This document shows positions 53,919 to 64,000 of a stretch of DNA of 64,000 bases, piece after piece. Origin of the DNA: an uncultured Gammaproteobacteria bacterium (GTDB lineage Bacteria; Pseudomonadota; Gammaproteobacteria; JAADHQ01); contig CAMYJD010000006.1 in the NCBI GenBank assembly GCA_947258655.1, forward strand, positions 68,902-132,901. The letters are read 5' to 3'. The notes beneath the pieces were generated by a model that was not told where the DNA came from, did not search any database, and saw only the letters and a list, made by a program, of their open reading frames with translations. Position 1 is the stretch's first letter; each line of letters starts with the position of its first letter. The position numbers were made by a program, and so were the translations under genes.

Positions 53919-55469
53919 ATGAAAAAACGTATTTTACATTGCGCTATGGCGATGGCAATGACAGCAGGCACAGGGATGTTAAGTATATCCCAGAGCTATG
54001 CATCCAGTCATCGTGAGGCACCCAACATAACACGTATGCCGAAAGTGGACTCCACTGACTTTTATATGTTTAATAGCTACGAGTCCGGACGTGAAGGCTT
54101 CGTTACCCTGTTAGCCAATTATGTGCCATTGCAGGATCCGCAGGGTGGACCCAATTATTTTTCCATGGATCCATCCGCGCTATATGAAATCCATATCGAT
54201 AATGATGGCGATGCCAAGGAGGATCTGACCTTCCAGTTCAGTTTCAGAAACAGGCTGAGTAATAACGGCAATGGTATCAGTCTCAATATTGGGCCTGATA
54301 GCGACAAGCAAACTGTGGCGATCCCGTTAAAGCATGCCGGCGGGATCGGTGTCAGCGCCGGAACAGCCAATCTCGGTTTTCTGGAAACTTATACCGTGAC
54401 CATGGTGAAGGGTGACAGGAGAAAGGGAACGAAACGAAGAATTTCCCATGCCGAAACGGGTGCGCGAAGATTTACCAAGCCGTATGACTATGTCGGTGAG
54501 AAGACATTTGGTGATGGAGCTGCCTATGAAAGCTATGCCAGTCAGTATATTAATCCGATCAGTGTGCCGGGTTGCGGTGAAGGCAAGGTATTTGTGGGGC
54601 AGCGCAAGGAGTCTTTTGTAGTCAATCTGGGTGAGACATTTGATCTGGTCAATTATGCGCCTATTGATGGATTGATAGACCAGAGTAAGGACAATGATGA
54701 TCTAAGAAACAAGAATATCACAACCATCGCGCTGGAATTGCCTGTGGACTGCCTGACCTCGGGATCTGATAGCATCATTGGCGGCTGGACATCAGCGAGT
54801 TTACGCCAGACGCGTGTTCTCAATCGGCGCGCAAGCTTCGCGAAACCCGAGTTCAATAAGGGTGCATTTACACAGGTATCCAGGCTCGGCAGCCCGTTGG
54901 TCAATGAACTGGTCATTGGTCTGAAGGACAAGGATCGCTTCAGTGTCAGTGAGCCAAAGGGTGACGGTCAGTTCGCAACCTATGTCACCCATCCCACCCT
55001 GCCGGCCTTGCTTGATATTCTGTTCAGGGAAGCCGTTGGTAGCACAGATAATATTGCGCCGACCAATTTTCCGCGCAATGACTTGATTGCAGCCTTTTTG
55101 ACAGGTATCGCCGGTGTAAACCAGCCGAAAGCGGTAGTGCCCTCCGAAATGCTGCGCCTGAATACTGCAATCGGGGCCGTGCCTGCGAGCCAGCAGAGTA
55201 CATTTGGTGTGGCCGGTGATGACCTGGCCGGTTTCCCGAATGGACGCCGTCCTGGTGACGATGTCGTTGATATCGCCCTGCGGGTGGTGATGGGACGATT
55301 ATGTCACCCGGTGCCGGTCAATGGTGTGGATACCGCGCTCGGTTTCTGTGAGCCGGGGCAGGCCATCGTCGGTACAGTTCCATTCACGGATGGAGCGCCT
55401 GTCAGTGCAGCAGATTTTAACGAGCAATTCCCATATCTACTGACACCAATTGCCGGATCACCCAATTAA
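53919..55469 (+). CDS. Secreted DUF4331-like protein
   Basis: Signal peptide ending SYA then SSHREAP, DSTDFYMF, QVSRLGSPLVNE, GFPNGRRPGDDVVD, FPYL. Confidence 0.82.
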   Translation: MKKRILHCAMAMAMTAGTGMLSISQSYASSHREAPNITRMPKVDSTDFYMFNSYESGREGFVTLLANYVPLQDPQGGPNYFSMDPSALYEIHIDNDGDAKEDLTFQFSFRNRLSNNGNGISLNIGPDSDKQTVAIPLKHAGGIGVSAGTANLGFLETYTVTMVKGDRRKGTKRRISHAETGARRFTKPYDYVGEKTFGDGAAYESYASQYINPISVPGCGEGKVFVGQRKESFVVNLGETFDLVNYAPIDGLIDQSKDNDDLRNKNITTIALELPVDCLTSGSDSIIGGWTSASLRQTRVLNRRASFAKPEFNKGAFTQVSRLGSPLVNELVIGLKDKDRFSVSEPKGDGQFATYVTHPTLPALLDILFREAVGSTDNIAPTNFPRNDLIAAFLTGIAGVNQPKAVVPSEMLRLNTAIGAVPASQQSTFGVAGDDLAGFPNGRRPGDDVVDIALRVVMGRLCHPVPVNGVDTALGFCEPGQAIVGTVPFTDGAPVSAADFNEQFPYLLTPIAGSPN

Positions 55470-55757
55470 CAGCAAAAAGGCATACCCCTCCCCGATCAGG
55501 GGAGGCTGGCCGAGGATTCAGAAATAACAAATTATCAACACTCATAGTCATTGCCATGTCCATGGCGTTCACGGACTGTAGTGGTTCAGGTAGTCAATAG
55601 ACTATTAATCAATTTGCAATCGTACTATATACGGGTCGGCGACAGCCTTTATTGAGATCTGTATTATTTATCTGTATAAATCGACTGAAGGGTCTGTTCA
55701 GCACGCGGCATATTGATGTGCTCGGCCTGTGTCGATTTTCCGACTGACTTATCTTGA

Positions 55758-56711
55758 TTGATCGATGAAAAGATTCACAAACAAATGCATGCAATGGAAT
55801 TATTCGAAAACATAGATGCACCCATCCATCGTCTTAGTGATGAAGTTACTGACAGGTATGGTGTGCAACTGGCAATAAAAAGAGAGGATTTTGTTCATCC
55901 TGAAATAATGGGCAATAAACTGAGGAAGCTTAAATACAATATCATCGATGCATGCAAATCCTATAACCCCGTATTGCTCAGTTTCGGCGGCGCCTATTCC
56001 AACCATATCCTGGCCCTTTCAGCAGCCGGCAGAATATTTACAATCCCGACGATAGGCATTATCCGCGGGGATGAATTAGCGGGAGCAGGATTAAATCCTG
56101 TGCTCGATGTTGCACAAAGAAATGGCATGCAACTGGCATTTGTCAGCAGGATGGATTATCGCAGAAAAACAGAACCCGAATTCTTGCAAGGTTTGCATGA
56201 CGAATACGGCGATTTTACCGTCATTCCAGAAGGTGGAAGCAATTCCCTGGCGGTTAAAGGTGCGGCCGAGATAGTCGCGGATATCGATGATGAGTTTGAT
56301 GTTATCGCATGCGCCTGTGGTACGGGTGGGACACTTGCGGGTCTAATCAGCGGTGTTCATCAGTATCGGTCCGGCGCGGGTCGGGTACGTGGATTTGCGG
56401 TGCTAAAAGGCGCTACATTTATCAGGGATGCGGTACAAAAACTGCTCGCAGAACATGTCTATACCGATGTCGAATGGGATATCGAATCTGGCTATCATTT
56501 TGGTGGTTATGCCAGGACCAGTGCTGCGTTGATCGACTTTATGAAATGGTTTGAGGGCAGGCATGCTATAGAGCTGGATTACATTTATACCGGTAAGATG
56601 ATGTATGCGCTTTATGCACAGATTAAATCGGGTCAAATAGCTGCTGGCAGCAGAGTGCTGGCCATTCATACGGGCGGTACACAAACGGCGGCTCTGCGTC
56701 ATTTGCGTTAA
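55758..56711 (+). CDS. ACC deaminase/D-cysteine desulfhydrase family PLP enzyme
   Basis: IKRED, GNKLRKL, FGGAYSNH, PEGGSN, CGTGGTLAG, YTGK, IHTGG; true start may be slightly downstream. Confidence 0.88.
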   Translation: MIDEKIHKQMHAMELFENIDAPIHRLSDEVTDRYGVQLAIKREDFVHPEIMGNKLRKLKYNIIDACKSYNPVLLSFGGAYSNHILALSAAGRIFTIPTIGIIRGDELAGAGLNPVLDVAQRNGMQLAFVSRMDYRRKTEPEFLQGLHDEYGDFTVIPEGGSNSLAVKGAAEIVADIDDEFDVIACACGTGGTLAGLISGVHQYRSGAGRVRGFAVLKGATFIRDAVQKLLAEHVYTDVEWDIESGYHFGGYARTSAALIDFMKWFEGRHAIELDYIYTGKMMYALYAQIKSGQIAAGSRVLAIHTGGTQTAALRHLR

Positions 56712-57003
56712 TGTTGCAAGGCATGGTTATGGGTAAATAATAACGCAGCTTATAAGGCAGTCCAATCTTCTCACCTCGATAAAATTATTTTATTGATATC
56801 TGGCGGTTTCTGTTTAAACAAGACTGCACAATTTTAAGGTAATAATGGCTGCAAAAAAATTGTTTGATTACAATATTTTTTTAGCAGTAATCCTGAACCT
56901 TTTAATGGCGATACGGTCATTATCATTAGACTGCAGCGTGCGTAACGACAGCAATGCTGTGTCTCCCGTCACTATCCTCTGTACTTTACACAGGAGAGAC
57001 ATT

Positions 57004-57386
57004 ATGAAAAACAAATACATGAATCATGTTACAAAAAAATACACCTGCCTGGCATGTGCGTTGTGCTTCTTGGGCTAGGCGTTATGCCTGGCGCTTATGC
57101 CGTTAATGCTACAACCGCCCTGGGTGTTGGTGTGAGCACCCTGGTTGCTGCGGGGCGTCCGTATCATCATTTACAAACTAATCGCAATGGCGTTGACAAA
57201 CAGCAGGTCAATAAAACGGTGGTAGTGCGAACAAAGAGAGGGCATAGTAGCAGGCCCTATCATCATCTGATCAAAAATCGCACTATTGAACAAACTGAAT
57301 TCGCCGCGATGGAAGCAGGCAAGACGAGCAAGAGTGGAATGCATAGAAGCGTATCGCAAGGAGGCAAACCATATCGTATCCGCTAA
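57004..57386 (+). pseudogene. Small secreted repeat protein split by a -1 frameshift at A7 (pseudogene, programmed slippage or sequencing error)
   Basis: AGGAG RBS and ATG 57004; one extra A at 57033-57039 joins MKNKYMNHVTKK to IHLPGMCVVLLGLGVMPGAYA (signal peptide) and the RPYHHL repeats. Confidence 0.6.
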
Positions 57387-57414
57387 TAACTATGATAAGT
57401 ATTAATTCCGGCTC

Positions 57415-57457
57415 TGTGCGACAAGGCATAGCGTTAATTACATTGCCTTGTCGCGCA
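57415..57457. terminator. Hairpin between convergent genes
   Basis: tgcgacaaggca ... tgccttgtcgcg. Confidence 0.55.
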
Positions 57458-57539
57458 ATTAATTATTCTTCATGCTGGCTTGTCAGGCCTTATCGACAAA
57501 TGCTTATTGATGAATAATGCCATTGGATAATGCAATACT

Positions 57540-57947
57540 TCATTTTATTAATGATTCATCCCAGAAGGTGGCCTCTATCTTGTTGCCCTCCGGATCGCGA
57601 ATAAAACAACCATAGTAGGCGTCCGTATAATCGGGTCTCGGTCCGGGTGCGCCATCGTCAGTGCCACCGGCAGCTAATGCCGCTTCATGAAACGCATGCA
57701 CGGCTTCCCTGGTATCGGCAATAAAGCCAACATGCGAACCATTACCAACAGTTGCGGGTCTTCCATCTATTGGTGTTTGTACCCAGAACTCCGGAAAGGC
57801 ACGGCCGTAGCCTGCTGCGCCCGGGTGCTCCATTATTTTTCTGCATCCTAATGTGGGCAACACCTTGTCGTAAAAAGCGATGGCGCGTTCAAAGTCATTT
57901 GTGCCGACCGAGATATGTGAAATGATACTGGGGTTTTCATCCGTCAT
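57540..57947 (-). CDS. VOC/glyoxalase family protein
   Basis: ISHISVGTND, AFYD, GNGSHVGF, DGAPGPRP, YGCFIRDPEGNKIE; start refined to MTDENP. Confidence 0.9.
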   Translation of the reverse strand: MTDENPSIISHISVGTNDFERAIAFYDKVLPTLGCRKIMEHPGAAGYGRAFPEFWVQTPIDGRPATVGNGSHVGFIADTREAVHAFHEAALAAGGTDDGAPGPRPDYTDAYYGCFIRDPEGNKIEATFWDESLIK

Positions 57948-58092
57948 GTTTTCTCTCCTGATCCATGAGTTTTGATATTTTCTGACTGGACAATAAATCA
58001 TTGCATCATGTGTCCAGGTGCGCAAGTTCTGTTAGTTAATTGCCAGGAGAAAAGAGAAAAGGGGTCGGTGACAACTGAGAGAAAAGGAGAGA

Positions 58093-58214
58093 AAAGGGGT
58101 CGGTGACAACTGAGAAGCATTTGCATTTAGATTTCTGTATTTAGCAAACCAAGATGTAACCCACACATCCACCCAGCTAAACCTTAATGATTCTCATTTG
58201 TCACCGACCCCTTT
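58093..58214. mobile_element. MITE-like element copy 1 (122 bp, terminal inverted repeats)
   Basis: AAAGGGGTCGGTGACAACTGAGAA ... TTCTCATTTGTCACCGACCCCTTT; extra left-end duplicate at 58054-58080. Confidence 0.75.
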
Positions 58215-58251
58215 ATTTGCCTTTATTTGTTATTTCGAGTGGGTTGATGGC

Positions 58252-58725
58252 TCAGGCTCTTGGTATGCGCAGGGTCTGCCCGGGGTAGATCTTGTTGGGG
58301 TCGGATAGCAATGGCTGGTTGGCCTCGAAGATTTCCATATATTTATTGGCACTGCCAAGATGTTCCTTGGCGATCTTTGACAAAGTATCTCCTGATTTGA
58401 CGGTATAGAAACTAGCTTCCGGCTCCGAGGATGCGACTTCTATGCGATTGTCGACACGGCTGATGCCAAATTGGTTGCCTGCTGTCAGTGTCGCTTTTTC
58501 ATTGTCCTGTTGGCTGTCGGTATTGCCTTCCAGTGTCACCAGATCGCCATCGGCAGTGACCTTCAGGTTGGCTACTTGTATGCCTGAATTTTTTATCATC
58601 TGGGTGATTTTTTCCGAACGTATTTCATTGATGCGTTCTTGTGAAACAGTTACGACGTCTTCCTTTTTTTCATCATCCCCAAATATTTTATCGCCGGCAC
58701 TGGCGACGAAATCAAATAGTCCCAT
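58252..58725 (-). CDS. kbp: BON-LysM protein (Kbp/YgaU-like potassium-binding protein)
   Basis: MGLFDFV..AG.K.F, BON domain, LysM YTVKSGDTLSKIAK...IFEANQPLLSDPNKIYPGQTLRIP. Confidence 0.88.
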   Translation of the reverse strand: MGLFDFVASAGDKIFGDDEKKEDVVTVSQERINEIRSEKITQMIKNSGIQVANLKVTADGDLVTLEGNTDSQQDNEKATLTAGNQFGISRVDNRIEVASSEPEASFYTVKSGDTLSKIAKEHLGSANKYMEIFEANQPLLSDPNKIYPGQTLRIPRA

Positions 58726-58878
58726 GGTTGTTCTCCTCGTAAGTATTGTGCAGCTTTTATAACATATTGGCGCTGATTTATAATGAAGGTTTTGCTATAT
58801 TTTACAATTTGTTACACGGCTATCTTTAGGCTGTATAAATTAGTAGCTCGGGGATAAAGGAGGCGGAATAAAAGAATA

Positions 58879-58998
58879 AAAGGGGTCGGTGACAAATGAG
58901 AATCATTAAGGTTTAGCTGGGTGGATGTGTGGGTTACATCTTGGTGCTAAATACAGAAATCTAAATGCAAATGCTTCTCAGTTGTCACCGACCCCTTT
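58879..58998. mobile_element. MITE-like element copy 2 (120 bp), inverted relative to copy 1
   Basis: Reverse complement of 58093-58214 except a 2-nt deletion (ttagcaaaccaag vs ttagcaccaag). Confidence 0.78.
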
Positions 58999-59045
58999 AT
59001 TTGGACCCCTTTATTTGTTTATTTGCTTTATTTTGCCTTTATTTC

Positions 59046-59789
59046 TTATTGATTGCACACCGGGCAGGCCGGGTCCTTTTTCAGTTTGATGCTGCGCCAC
59101 TCCATGTAATTGGCATCGAGCAACAACAGGCGACCGTTCAGGTCTTCACCAAAAGCGCAAATGATCTTGATCGCCTCCAGGGCCTGGATACTGCCGATGA
59201 TGCCGACCAGAGGGGCGAGTACGCCGTTGGCGCTACAGGACTGGTCGAGTTCGCCTTCATCTTTATACAGGCAGTGGTAGCAGGGGCTGTCGTCGATATC
59301 GTTACGAAACACGGCGACCTGTCCTTCCAGGCGTATTGCGGCGCCGGATACCAGTGGGGTGCGGGTGTGGACACAGGCCTTGTTGACCATGAACCGGGTT
59401 TCGAAGTTATCACTGGCGTCGATGACGACGTCGACATTGCGGGCCTGTTCGCTCAGCGCTGCGTGGTCAAGGCGGTGATTGATGCAGGTGATGCGGCATT
59501 CCGGATTCAGTGCCTGTACGGCCTGCTGGGCCGACTCGACCTTGGCGCGGCCGATATCTGCCGTGCCGTGCGTGATCTGACGTTGCAGGTTGCTGAGATC
59601 GACAACATCGTCATCGACGAGGACCAGTTCACCGACGCCGGCGGCGGCCAGGTACATCGCCACAGGCGAACCGAGCCCGCCGAGACCGATAACCAGCATG
59701 CTTGAGTCGGCCAGTTTTTGCTGGCCCTCGATGCCGATTTGCGTCAGCATGATCTGGCGGCTGTAGCGTAATAGTTGTTCGTCATTCAT
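59046..59789 (-). CDS. moeB: Molybdopterin-synthase adenylyltransferase MoeB (ThiF/MoeB family)
   Basis: RYSRQI, GLGGLGS, SNLQRQ, DASDNF, CYHC, C..NGVL, CPVC; prfA-prmC-moeB synteny; alternative start 59810. Confidence 0.88.
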   Translation of the reverse strand: MNDEQLLRYSRQIMLTQIGIEGQQKLADSSMLVIGLGGLGSPVAMYLAAAGVGELVLVDDDVVDLSNLQRQITHGTADIGRAKVESAQQAVQALNPECRITCINHRLDHAALSEQARNVDVVIDASDNFETRFMVNKACVHTRTPLVSGAAIRLEGQVAVFRNDIDDSPCYHCLYKDEGELDQSCSANGVLAPLVGIIGSIQALEAIKIICAFGEDLNGRLLLLDANYMEWRSIKLKKDPACPVCNQ

Positions 59790-59890
59790 AGGGGTTTGTA
59801 ATGTTCCCATATATTCTCGGTGCAACGTTGTCGTCGACGGTTTAATGAATTTCTGACAGCAAAGTAAGAATAGTCTGACAGAGTCTGACC

Positions 59891-59905
59891 TGATAATCAT
59901 TATAA
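59891..59905. promoter_or_regulatory. Putative Fur box upstream of the lipoprotein gene
   Basis: TGATAATCATTATAA, one mismatch from the 7-1-7 consensus TGATAATnATTATCA. Confidence 0.5.
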
Positions 59906-59941
59906 TACGCATCATAATTTATCAAAATAGAGGAAGATGTA

Positions 59942-61516
59942 ATGACCGAAGGATTGGCAAGTCGCAGCCGTTCGTGCTGGGTTTCGATTTTATCTGTTTT
60001 AACCCTGTTTTTGTCTGCCTGTGGCGGGGGTGGCGGTGGTGGTCAGTCACAAAATACCACATCAGGGCCCGATATCTCTGTAAACCAGCTGGTTGATGGC
60101 CCGACTGCAGGTCTCGGCTATGTATCCGGGCAACAGAGCGGTATTACCGATGGCCTCGGTCTGTATCTGTATGAACTGGAGCAAACCATCACCTTCAGTG
60201 TCGGTGATATTGTGCTTGGGGCTGCAGATCCGGCCGGTAAATCATTGCTGACGCCGGTTGATATGGTTGCCGGCGCCGTCGATGAAACGGATCCCGCCGT
60301 GACCAATATCCTGCGCTTCCTGCAGACGATTGATGATGATGGTAATCATGATAACGGCATAGAAGTAACTGCGGCCGTTCGCGCACAGGCAGCGAATGCC
60401 TCCATCGATTTTAATCAGAGCGTCAGCGCCTTCGAACAGGATGTAAATGTGCAGAGTGTAGTCGCTGATCTGACTATGGTCACCAGCGCCGGCACGAGAT
60501 CACTGGTGCCGACTGCGGCGGCATTGGCCAATTTCAGGCAGAGTATGTTGTTTCGCCGGATCGGCAATAATTGTGCTGATTACGCTGGTAGTGACACGGG
60601 CACACTGGATTTTGCCATTGATCAGCTGGGCGTGATCAGTGGTAGTGGCCAGAGTAATACCCTCGGTGCATTCACCCTGACGGGACAGGTCGATAGTAGT
60701 GGTAATGTTTCAATGATTTCCACTGCGTCAGGTGTTCAGATAGCGACCTTTAGTGGTGCGATCGATATCAACCGCAATTTTAACGGTTCATGGACCGATG
60801 GCAATGGTAGCACCGGTACGGTTTCGGGTGCGCGTTCGGGTATTCCATGTACGCAGCTACGCGGTGGTGATGGTGGTCTGGGCGGTGCGGTACGCATCGG
60901 TTACGACATCTATAATGGGCTGTTCCGCTATCAAATGGCGGAAATTGGCGCCCCTGTCGATGTATTGCAGCCCTATACCCGTACCGTGATACTGCGAGGT
61001 AGCGAGAAGCGCGCGGAGGAAGATGGCACGGCCTGGTTGCCGATCGATTTTAATATCCCGCCGACATTGGGCAGGGTGCCGTTCGACAATAGATGGATCC
61101 ATAATGGTGCTGGTCTGTATCAATATGATGGACAGGCAACAACTTTCAAACTGCAACCGCCGGAAAATTCAACACCAACAGATATCTTTTTCTCGTTCCT
61201 GACAGTCGATGTGCCAACACTGGGGAGTACGATCTCGATTGGCAGCGGTACCGTCACCGGTGTCGAGGTCGGGGCGATGAAATTCCGTGGTCATTCCTGC
61301 ACATTGTATGATCTGACGACAAGCGAGGGGCAGCCGGCAGGGCAGGTGTGCCTGGCTCGTTTCAGTGGCGTTAATGATGCCGTCGCGCTTTATTATCATA
61401 CCATCATCAACTATACCGATACGGGTGGTACAACATCGCCGTTCGATCTGAAGTACGTCGCCAGGGAGGTAGCTCTCGGAATTGCGCTAGATAGTGATAC
61501 GTTTACTGCGCCCTGA
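59942..61516 (+). CDS. Hypothetical surface lipoprotein
   Basis: Lipobox LSAC followed by poly-Gly; G/S/T-rich beta-like sequence; RBS GAGGA. Confidence 0.8.
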   Translation: MTEGLASRSRSCWVSILSVLTLFLSACGGGGGGGQSQNTTSGPDISVNQLVDGPTAGLGYVSGQQSGITDGLGLYLYELEQTITFSVGDIVLGAADPAGKSLLTPVDMVAGAVDETDPAVTNILRFLQTIDDDGNHDNGIEVTAAVRAQAANASIDFNQSVSAFEQDVNVQSVVADLTMVTSAGTRSLVPTAAALANFRQSMLFRRIGNNCADYAGSDTGTLDFAIDQLGVISGSGQSNTLGAFTLTGQVDSSGNVSMISTASGVQIATFSGAIDINRNFNGSWTDGNGSTGTVSGARSGIPCTQLRGGDGGLGGAVRIGYDIYNGLFRYQMAEIGAPVDVLQPYTRTVILRGSEKRAEEDGTAWLPIDFNIPPTLGRVPFDNRWIHNGAGLYQYDGQATTFKLQPPENSTPTDIFFSFLTVDVPTLGSTISIGSGTVTGVEVGAMKFRGHSCTLYDLTTSEGQPAGQVCLARFSGVNDAVALYYHTIINYTDTGGTTSPFDLKYVAREVALGIALDSDTFTAP

Positions 61517-61532
61517 CGGGCCGGTAAACCAG

Positions 61533-61937
61533 TTACAGGTATTTGCGCCAGTAATCGGGGCGGTCATCGCGGCAGCCGTGTTGCAGGCGGCTGTAGCGGT
61601 TGATGAAGATATTGCGCGTACAGGGTCCATCGGGGCAGCCCATGTTTTCACATTGGACGTTTTCGGTATAGTAATACAGTGCGCGTTTGAGTTTGAACAA
61701 CAGGCTGTTGTCGAGATGAAAGCCGAGTTCGATCAGCGCATCTTCGATAAGCTCCAGGGTCAGGTGGCGGATATCATAGCTGACTGAGAGTCTGTGTATA
61801 TCGATCAGGTCGAGGTGGATGATGCCATCAACATCGCTTAGAAACAGCATAGCGTTCCGCGCCTGTTCGGGATCTGCATGTACGCTGCAAAAGGCCAGTT
61901 CGCGATGTTTAATCAGGTCATGATTTAAGCCATCCAT
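61533..61937 (-). CDS. Hypothetical protein
   Basis: 134-aa ORF directly downstream of prmC; normal composition; SYD...IEDALIELGF segment suggests an HMA/ferredoxin-like fold. Confidence 0.7.
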   Translation of the reverse strand: MDGLNHDLIKHRELAFCSVHADPEQARNAMLFLSDVDGIIHLDLIDIHRLSVSYDIRHLTLELIEDALIELGFHLDNSLLFKLKRALYYYTENVQCENMGCPDGPCTRNIFINRYSRLQHGCRDDRPDYWRKYL

Positions 61938-61980
61938 TCCTTGAGTCTAGCGTACTGACAGGATTAATCTAGCAATTAAA

Positions 61981-62823
61981 TCAGTCCGGGCGGCGTCCGG
62001 CACTGACGCGGGCATGCCCGGCGAGGTCGGTATAGTGGTGGGTATCCTCGAATCCGTACTTTAAAAACAATGACTTGACGGCATTTGCCTGGTCGTGGCC
62101 ATGCTCCAGCAACAACCAGCCGCGGGATTTCAGGTAGTGTCCGGCGTGGCTGATAATAGCGCGGATCGCATCGAGTCCGTCTGCCCCGGATACCAGCGCC
62201 GGACGCGGCTCGTGGCGCACATCGCCTTGATCCAGATGCGGGTCATGGGCGGGAATGTAGGGCGGATTGGAGACAATGATATCAAACCGGCGCTGCGGTA
62301 CCGGCGCGAACCAATCGCCCTGGAGCAGCTCGATATTGTCGAGCTTCTGGCTCTGGATATTATGTTGTGCGATTTTCATTGCCGCCGCGGATTGCTCGAT
62401 TGCTGTAACCTGGCTGGCTGGCCTTTCCCGTGCAATGGCCAGCGCAATTGCGCCGCTGCCGGTACCGAGATCGAGGACCTGTTGCGGTAGCTTTAATGGA
62501 ATACGCGCAAGTGCTTGCTCGACCAGCAGTTCGGTCTCGGGACGCGGGATCAGCGTTGCATCAGAGACCTTAAGATCGAATTCCCAGAATGCCCGGCGCC
62601 CGCTCAGGTACGCAATCGGTTCCCCGGCCAGGCGTCGTTGCAGTAAGGCGTCGAACTGTGTTGCCTGCGCGGCAGACAGCTCCTGCTCGGGCCAGGTATA
62701 CAGATGGGCGCGATTGCATTGGAGGACATGGCAGAGCAGTAGTTCGACATCGGCTCTGGAAGAGTCCGATGTTTTACTCAATTTTTGCTGTGCTTCAGTG
62801 AGTGTCTGTTGGATCGTCGTCAT
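61981..62823 (-). CDS. prmC: Release factor glutamine methyltransferase PrmC/HemK
   Basis: LIPRPETE, LDLGTGSGAIA, VSNPPYI, LLEHG. Confidence 0.96.
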   Translation of the reverse strand: MTTIQQTLTEAQQKLSKTSDSSRADVELLLCHVLQCNRAHLYTWPEQELSAAQATQFDALLQRRLAGEPIAYLSGRRAFWEFDLKVSDATLIPRPETELLVEQALARIPLKLPQQVLDLGTGSGAIALAIARERPASQVTAIEQSAAAMKIAQHNIQSQKLDNIELLQGDWFAPVPQRRFDIIVSNPPYIPAHDPHLDQGDVRHEPRPALVSGADGLDAIRAIISHAGHYLKSRGWLLLEHGHDQANAVKSLFLKYGFEDTHHYTDLAGHARVSAGRRPD

Positions 62824-62831
62824 TTTAGAAA

Positions 62832-62911
62832 AGTTGCTAGTCGCTATTAGCTAGTAGCGAGGCCGAAAGAATGAATAGAGCAGTCTTTTTCTGGCCACTA
62901 GCAACTCGCTA

Positions 62912-62921
<10 letters not shown>
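62832..62921. repeat. Inverted heptamer arrays (GTAGCTA family)
   Basis: gttgcta-gtcgcta-ttagcta-gtagcga ... gccacta-gcaactc-gctacta-gctactc, overlapping the prfA stop. Confidence 0.75.
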
Positions 62922-63994
<1,073 letters not shown>

Positions 63995-64000
63995 TATGTT

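Noticed and set aside
56845-57078. 77-aa ORF as an independent gene
   Set aside because: The RBS sits before internal ATG 57004; better explained as the 5' part of the frameshifted gene.
58054-58115. Possible CRISPR array (27-nt direct repeat)
   Set aside because: Only two copies about 8 nt apart, part of the element terminus; no spacers or cas genes.
58965-59705. 246-aa ORF on the + strand starting inside the MITE-like element
   Set aside because: Antisense to moeB, begins in low-complexity repeat sequence, and shows no transposase motifs.

Overview
Chromosomal window from a mid-GC gammaproteobacterium; gene order resembles Pseudomonas/Chromatiales-like marine lineages (inference). Mostly housekeeping: pilT/pilU, gshB-apbE-tonB-algH-yqgF-pyrRBC'-pyrK, the pilGHIJK-chpABC chemosensory operon, metK-ahcY-metF-bioA-rsmE (with SAM-II and SAH riboswitches), tkt-gap-pgk-pyk-fba, purC, and prfA-prmC-moeB. 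The most unusual part is a nitrogen-regulated island at about 41-52 kb. It holds a nitrate/nitrite-type ABC transporter, the ANTAR antiterminator NasT and glgC. It also holds a five-gene operon with a sigma54/NtrC-type promoter and an ANTAR attenuator. That operon encodes a NirB-like FAD/NAD(P)H-[2Fe-2S] protein that lacks the siroheme domain and is fused to a predicted di-heme-b membrane domain, an 11-heme cytochrome c, a Tll0287/DUF3365-like heme protein, a cytochrome c5 and a single-domain globin. It is a candidate undescribed trans-membrane electron conduit for assimilating or handling nitrite/NO. Other points of note: a SAM-II aptamer wired to a terminator/antiterminator, two inverted ~120-bp MITE-like elements flanking kbp, two families of degenerate heptamer inverted-repeat arrays in intergenic spaces, and a small secreted repeat protein split by a -1 frameshift at an A7 run. 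All assignments are by eye from motifs and synteny; no database searches were run.
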